This document shows positions 57,676 through 64,000 of a stretch of 64,000 bases of DNA, one piece after another. Location: positions 7,750,001 to 7,814,000 of the forward strand of contig NW_027361959.1 in assembly GCF_039654945.1 (NCBI RefSeq), read 5' to 3'. The first letter of the stretch is position 1. Each line of letters begins with the position of its first letter. This stretch comes from Dendrobates tinctorius (lineage: Eukaryota). The position numbers were made by a program, and so were the translations under genes. The notes below the pieces were generated by a model that was given only the letters and a program-made list of their open reading frames with translations, searched no databases and was not told the origin of the DNA.

Positions 57676-60312
57676 CCCCTTTCTGCCATGAGTCGTACTA
57701 TCCCGTCCATGTGCCCTGGGACTTAATTCCCAGGGACGGGATAGTACGTCATAGCGATCAGCGGCGCCCACGTGGTGAGCGCCGCTAATCGCGGCCGGGT
57801 GTCAGCTGATTATCACAGCTGACACCCAGCACAATGTGTCAGGGGCGGTCACGGACCGCCCCCGACACGTTAACCCCTTGTACACCGTGATCAAACACGA
57901 TTGCGGTGTACCGGGGGTTAAAGGGAAGCATCGGCAGGGAGGGGGCTCCCTCCATGCTTCCCTGAGCCCCCCACGGCAGCGCAATGTGCAGCGCTGCTGC
58001 GGGGGGGCTCTTTCCCTACAGACCCCCGGATCCAAGATGGCGACAGGGGCCTGTAGGGAGATCGCTGATCAGTCAGTGATCTGTGATGTGACAGATCAGC
58101 GATCTGTCACAGGACAGTGATGTCCCACCTGGGACAATGTAATAAAGTTAAAAAAAAGAAAAGTGTAAAAATAATTTTAAAAAAATCGCTAAATTAGTAA
58201 AAAAAAAAAAAAAATATTCCCAAATAAATTCATTTTTTGAAAATAAAAAAAAAAATAAAAGTACACATTTGTATCGCCGCGTCCGTAACGACCCGCTCTA
58301 TGAAACTGTCCCATTAGTTAACCCCTTAAAAAATAAAAATAAACGAAGCAAAAAATGATTTATTATCATACCACCGAACAAAAAGTGCAATAACGCGCGA
58401 TCAAAAAGACGCATATAAATATCTGTTTCCACTGTTTAGGTACATTAGGGGCTCTCCAAAGGCAACATGACACCTGCAGACCAATCCATCAAAGTCTGCA
58501 TTCCAAAACGTCACTACTTCCCTTCCGAGCCCCGACGTGTCCCCATACAGTAGTTTTCTCCCACATATGAGGTATCAGGGTACTCAGGACAAATTGGACA
58601 ACAACTTTTGGGGTCCAATTTCTCCTGTTATCCTTGGGAAAATAAAAAAAAATGAGGACTAAAAGATGTTTGTTGAAAAAATACGATATTTTTATTTTCA
58701 CGCCCGGTCGTTATAAACGTCTGTGAAGCACTGGGGGGTTCATAGTGGTCACCACACATCTAGATAAGTTCCTTAGGGGGTCTAGTTTCCAAAATTGGGT
58801 CATTTGTGGGGGTTTCCACTGTTTAGGTACATTAGGGGCTCTCCAAAGGCAACATGACACCTGCAGACCAATCCATCAAAGTCTGCATTCCAAAACGTCA
58901 CTACTTCCCTTCCGAGCCCCGACGTGTCCCCATACAGTAGTTTTCTCCCACATATGAGGTATCAGGGTACTCAGGACAAATTGGACAACAACTTTTGGGG
59001 TCCAATTTCTCCTTGTACCCTTGGGAAAATGAAAAAATTGGTGACTAAAAGATCATGTTTGTGGAAAAAATACGATTTTTTTATTTTCACGCCCGGGCGT
59101 AATAAACTTCTGTGAAGCACTGGGGGGTTCAAAGTGCTCACCACACATCTAGAGAAGTTCCTTGGGGGGTCTAGTTTCCAAAATGGTGTCATTTGTGGGG
59201 GGTTTCTACTGTTTTGGTACATCAGGGGCTTTCCAAACGCGACATGGTGTCCGATCTCAATTCCAGCCAAAAACGTCAAATGGTGCTGCTTCCCTTCCGA
59301 GCTCTGCCATGCGCCCAAATAGTGGTTTACCCCCACATGTGGGGTATCAGCGCACTCAGGACAAATTGCACAATATCTTTTAGGGTCCTCTTACCCTTGG
59401 AAAAATAAGAATTGAGGGTGAAAAGATTGTTTCTGTGGAAAAAATATGATTTTTTAATTGTACCGCTGTACGTTATAAACTTCTGTGAAGCCCTTGTGGG
59501 TTCAAAGCTCTCACCACATATCTAGATAAGTTACTTGGGGGTCTAGTTTCCAAAATGGGGTCACTTGTGGGGGGTTTTCCACTGTTTAGGTACATCAGGG
59601 GCTCTCCAAACGCAACATGGCGTCCGATCTGAATTCGAGCCAATTTTGCATTGAAAAAGTCAAACGGCGCTCCTTCCCTTCTGAGGTCTGCCATGCGCCG
59701 AAACAGTGGTTCCCCCCACATCAGGTATCAGCGTACTCGGGACAAATTGCACAATAACTTTTGCAGTCCAATTTCTCCTATTACCCTTGGTAAAATAAAA
59801 AAAATTAAACCTGAAGTATTTTTTTGTGAAAAAGTTAAATGTTCATTTTTTTTTTTTTTTTTAAATATTCAAAAAATTCCTGTGACGCACCTAAAGGGTT
59901 AATAAGCTTCTTGAATGTGGTTTTAAGCACCTTAAGGGGTGCAGTTTTTAGAATGGTGTCAGTTTTGGGTATTTTCTATCATATAGACCCCTCAAAGTAG
60001 CTTCAAATGTGATGTGGTCCGTAAAAGTAAAATGGTGTTGCAAAAATGAGAAATCGTTGGTCAATTTTTAACCCTTATAACTTCCTAACAAAAAAAAATT
60101 TTGGTTCCAAAATTGTGCTGATGTAAAGTAAACATGTGGGAAATGTTATTTATTAAGTTTTTTGTGTGCCGTATCTCTGTGATTTAAGGGCATAAAAATT
60201 CAAATTTTGAAAATTGCGAAATTTTTGCCAAATTTCTGTTTTTTTCACAAATAAACGCAAGTTATATGAATGAAATTTTACCACTAACATGAAGTACAAT
60301 ATGTCACGAGAA
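57676..60312. mobile_element. Second, deleted and right-truncated copy of the array-carrying piggyBac-type element
   Basis: ttaa|cccc start; collinear with 31411..42780; contains the same tandem units. Confidence 0.85.
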
Positions 60313-61130
60313 ACCCAGCACTCCACCGAGGTAGATGGCTTCAGATTCCCATCTACCCACAGAGATTTGCGTAGCTGCCCCTGTGATAAACTATATATAG
60401 GACGCACAAAGCGTCAATTACGAGTAAGGTTGAATGAGCACCTTAGGAATATAAATAAAAAATTCCTAGGACATCCCTTGTCTAAACACTTGCGAATATC
60501 ATGGGGATCCCCTATGGGAACGACAATCACAGGTCTCCAAGTTGTGCGCAAAAGTTGGAGAAAAGGAGACTATATTAAGCAAATGTCCCGCATGGAGAGT
60601 CAGTGGAATTTTAATATGGACAGTCTTGCACATAACGGTTTAAACTGTGAGGTTGAATTATTTGGATTCAATTAAGGGTTGTACCAGAAGATATTTAAGG
60701 TGACTAATTCCTCCAGTGGACCATCCCTGATGAAGGAAACCATGTTTTTTCCTCCCTGTAATCTATCACGTGACCGGTGACATCAGGAAGGTCCTGTTGG
60801 CTCATCTCACGCCACAGCTTCACATCGTGCACACTGCATGCTGGCACGCCGCTGGAAGAGGGGAGCATGGAATGTCTGTCACCGGCCGGGACAGCACTCC
60901 TGAAGAGCCGTGGTATTAACTCACGTTAATCTGGCAAATATCATTCAATCTGACTTCACATCAAGATATACAGCGCTCTTTACTGGTCCTCTGGAGTCCA
61001 GAATCCACTCAGATTACACCTTAAGGTAAAAACTACCTAACTTGGAGCGATCCAATTCATTTGCGTATTTTTTAGTTCACTACAAGCTAAAGGGGTGCAT
61101 TATTAAGAGCAAATTTTAATAATTTATTTA
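60313..61130 (+). mobile_element. Penelope-like element 3' remnant: GIY-YIG endonuclease C-terminus plus pLTR
   Basis: CPCDKLYIGRTKR.L..R..EH...HPLSKH...E..W...DSL...GLN, stop at 60675. Confidence 0.85.
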
Positions 61131-61204
61131 TATTTTATTGATCACATTGGTGGTGTGTGTTCCTAATTTGCAGCAAGTGTTCCTCTCTTTTTTTCTACAG
61201 ATAC

Positions 61205-61221
61205 TAGCGCCACCTACAGTC
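61205..61221 (-). promoter_or_regulatory. CTCF-like motif (gactgtaggtggcgcta)
   Basis: Match to the CTCF core consensus. Confidence 0.45.
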
Positions 61222-61883
61222 TATACTAAATCTCTGTCTAAAAAGAAAAACCCAAAAGATACTAATCAGATAGTTAGAAATATCAATAAGCTGAAATAGA
61301 AAAAAATGCAACTGTATAGTACAATGGGGTGCAAATTGTATGTAATATTTAATCATTAAGTGTTCTGCCTTCATACACGTTGACACGGTGTGCACTCTAG
61401 CATACAGCATAAACCACCTATCTTCCAAGATAAGCAAACTGTTCTCTGTAATCTAACTTGTTTATTGGTGAAGAGTATAGAACATGTGGTAAAACTATAA
61501 AGAATACAAACGACATAGGTAAGTATTGGGCAGATGATCACACAGCTAAAACAATTACAGGAAGTATACAGTGTGATGCAAACTTTACATGGAATACACA
61601 GGTGTCTAATTATATCTGCTGTGCAATGGCTGCCATACAGTTAATAACATCTCTGAACAACTCTGCATTGCAAGAAAAGATATTAATCTTACCAGATATG
61701 CTTTACCAGGATAACGAACTCGAGTTGGGGAGTTACAAGAGGACAGATAAACACGTGCGTCTCATGAAATACACAGAAGAAAATGGCATCTCCCTCATCC
61801 CAGATACATTGCTTCAATCCCACAATGCATCACTCTGTTAAAGACACAGGCTGTAAAGCTATTTAAGACTGCTATAAATTCAG

Positions 61884-61902
61884 CCACCACTAGATGGTGC
61901 TA
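61884..61902 (+). promoter_or_regulatory. CTCF-like motif (ccaccactagatggtgcta)
   Basis: Strong match to the CTCF core consensus. Confidence 0.55.
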
Positions 61903-62566
61903 ATTAAATCGTCACATAATGCAAACATATTTGCCCTATGTTCAGAGGGCAGAACAAATAGAAAATGTCTGTGTTTATATGAACACAAAGATAACTATGT
62001 AGGTAACCCACGTGCCAAGTCAGAAATAGAGGAGGTGATATAATATGGGATCCATTAACCAAAGCAATAAAGATTTCAGCGGAGGCAGGCCCAATAGCTG
62101 AAAAATGCAGTAAAAAACACTGAAAGAATTGACATGCTGCAGATTGTGAATAAACAATGGTTCAAATCCGCAAGGAAAAATTAGCCCTGCTGTTCTGTTT
62201 GTATTGGCTATACACTTGTACTGGTCGGGTCAATATGACCTGACCTATTAAAGTCTATTAATTTTGACCTTTAACTGTGTGGACGTGGTTAGTCAAAAAC
62301 AAATGAAAAATCAAAATTTCAGTTTTCTATAGAAAATAACGCAAAGGGTTGTACAGGTTCACTTATTGCTATAGTCAGGCATTCTTACATTCTGCACAGA
62401 AGTACTCACGTGCTTTACATAAATATTTACTATGCCTAGAACATGTAATATTTGTTTTATCACACAAAGATGGACAAATGTTGCATCTTTCCTTTAGGCT
62501 TTTCCCAGTGCTGGTGGAGACTGTGGGTTTGCGTTGTTGAGCATGTTACTGGATATGGTTTACTAT

Positions 62567-62835
62567 TGGTGATGAGCGAGTATACTCGTTGCTCGGGTGT
62601 ACTCTGAGTATTTTGGTGTGCTCAGAGATTTAGTTTGTCGACACAGCTGCATGATTTGCTGCTGCTGGACAGCCTGAATACATGTGGAGATTCCCTAACA
62701 AACAGGCATTCCTTACATGTATTCAGGCTGTCCAGCAGCCACAAGTCATGCAGCTGTGTCGGCAGAAACTAAATCTCCGAGCACGCCAAAATACTCGGTG
62801 GACACCCGAGCAACGAGTATACTCGCTCATCACTA
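62567..62835. mobile_element. hAT-type MITE
   Basis: Perfect 8-bp TSD tttactat; long TIR gtgatgagcgagtatactcgttgctcgggtgt. Confidence 0.88.
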
Positions 62836-63721
62836 TTTACTATGGCTGCTGCTCCTTCACTTTGGGGTTTTACGTTTCTTCCTAAAATAGATGGCAAAAC
62901 AAGTGACTTTTCTAATTCTTCCAGAAAGAGTTTTTGTTTATGCAGTCTACTGGTGTTCCAATGGAGGTTTATTAAAAAAACAAATGTTTTGTAGGCAGAT
63001 AAATCAAGAATGTTATAGAATAAAACCATTGGCCGCCGATTGCGTTTATAGTTTGCTTGTGTACGCGGCTATTAGTTGATCTAGTGTATCAACTCCCCCT
63101 TTGGTGGAATTTTAATTTAATATTATCTATGGCTTTTAGTCACCTTGACTACTTACTGCATTGTCATGGTGCATTGTTCTCATCAGAATGACCTGTTTTT
63201 TGGGGGGAATGTAAGAAACCACTGTCGTATCTCCAGTAAAGCTCTATATATACTGTTTGAATGGCCACCTACCTTGGAAGCCACAAGTTGTTCATCCACA
63301 GTGACATTTTCTCCAGTATTGGATATCCATTTATCACAAACTTCTCTAATAGTGACTTGTTATTTGAGAATTATCTGATGTTGGCACAGGACAATATTTC
63401 TGCCTGGGCAGAAGGCTGGAAGTTCCAAATGACCTTTTGTTTTTAGACTGAATTGCTTGCATCGGACTAGCTGTCTGGGTATCGTACCTCATCAGATTCA
63501 ACATCAGAATTCTCATCTTCAGAATCTGAGGTGTTGGCAAGCTTTTCCAATTTAGCTTTACTCGATGTCTTCGCCACATTTTTAACCAACTTCCCAAATA
63601 ATGGGCACTCATGGCTTTCACGGTGAAAACCAGCGTTGTAGAATAAAATAGCACTAAATGAATAAACAACAATAATGAAATTGCAGAAAACGCTAACCAG
63701 TTTAGCAACAATAAGCACTTA

Positions 63722-64000
63722 CAGTGCCTACAAGTAGTATTCAACCCCCTGCAGATTTAGCAGGTTTGATAAGATGCAAATAAGTTAGAGCCTTCAAACT
63801 TCACACAAGAGCAGGATTTATTAACAGATGCATAAATCTTACAAACCAAAAAGTTATGTTGCTCAGTTAAATTTTAATAAATTTTAAACATACAAGTGTG
63901 GGTCAATTATTATTCAACCCCTAGGTTTAATATTTTGTGGAATAACCCTTGTTTGCAATTACAGCTAAGAATCGTCTTTTATAAGACTTGATCAGGCCGG
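63722..64000. mobile_element. One end of a second Tc1-like (IR/DR) element, cut by the window edge
   Basis: ta|cagtgcctacaagtagtattcaaccccc with tattcaacccc repeated at ~63911. Confidence 0.7.

Noticed and set aside
60289-60312. ATG start of the 128-aa GIY-YIG ORF as a real fusion gene
   Set aside because: The start comes from the truncated transposon arm and the nuclease lacks its N-terminal motif; a chance junction.
61458-61841. 127-aa ORF
   Set aside because: Non-ATG start, no recognisable motif, no splice support.
63346-63744. Minus-strand ORFs with an acidic stretch (TSDSEDENSDVESDE)
   Set aside because: Cannot assign a family; stop codon follows; may be a decayed transposon fragment.

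Overview
Eukaryotic vertebrate genomic DNA, very probably from a frog (inferred from the Nopp140 C-terminus and the repeat content). The + strand carries 15 coding exons of NOLC1/Nopp140 (252..52609; the 5' exons lie upstream of the window). They splice with GT-AG and consistent phase into about 765 aa, ending in the SRP40_C domain (…NSIKFDSE*), with AATAAA at 53080. The introns and 3' flank are mostly transposons. There are six DIRS tyrosine-recombinase retrotransposons from different families: one intact (34772..40657), one full-length but mutated, one internally deleted, one 5' fragment, and a nested degenerate pair. Also present are a Tc1 element, piggyBac-type, Harbinger-type, Kolobok/T2-type and hAT-type non-autonomous elements, a Helentron-like element, a Penelope remnant with an inverted pLTR, and minisatellites. 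Top observations: (1) a co-varying pseudoknot-like fold at the left end of divergent DIRS families, with its closing strand outside the ITR; (2) one DIRS inserted at the ICR circle-junction TTT of another DIRS; (3) a degenerate hammerhead ribozyme in the Penelope pLTR; (4) a recursive-splice-type exon and duplicated symmetric exons in NOLC1. All coordinates were read by eye, and no searches or folding programs were run.
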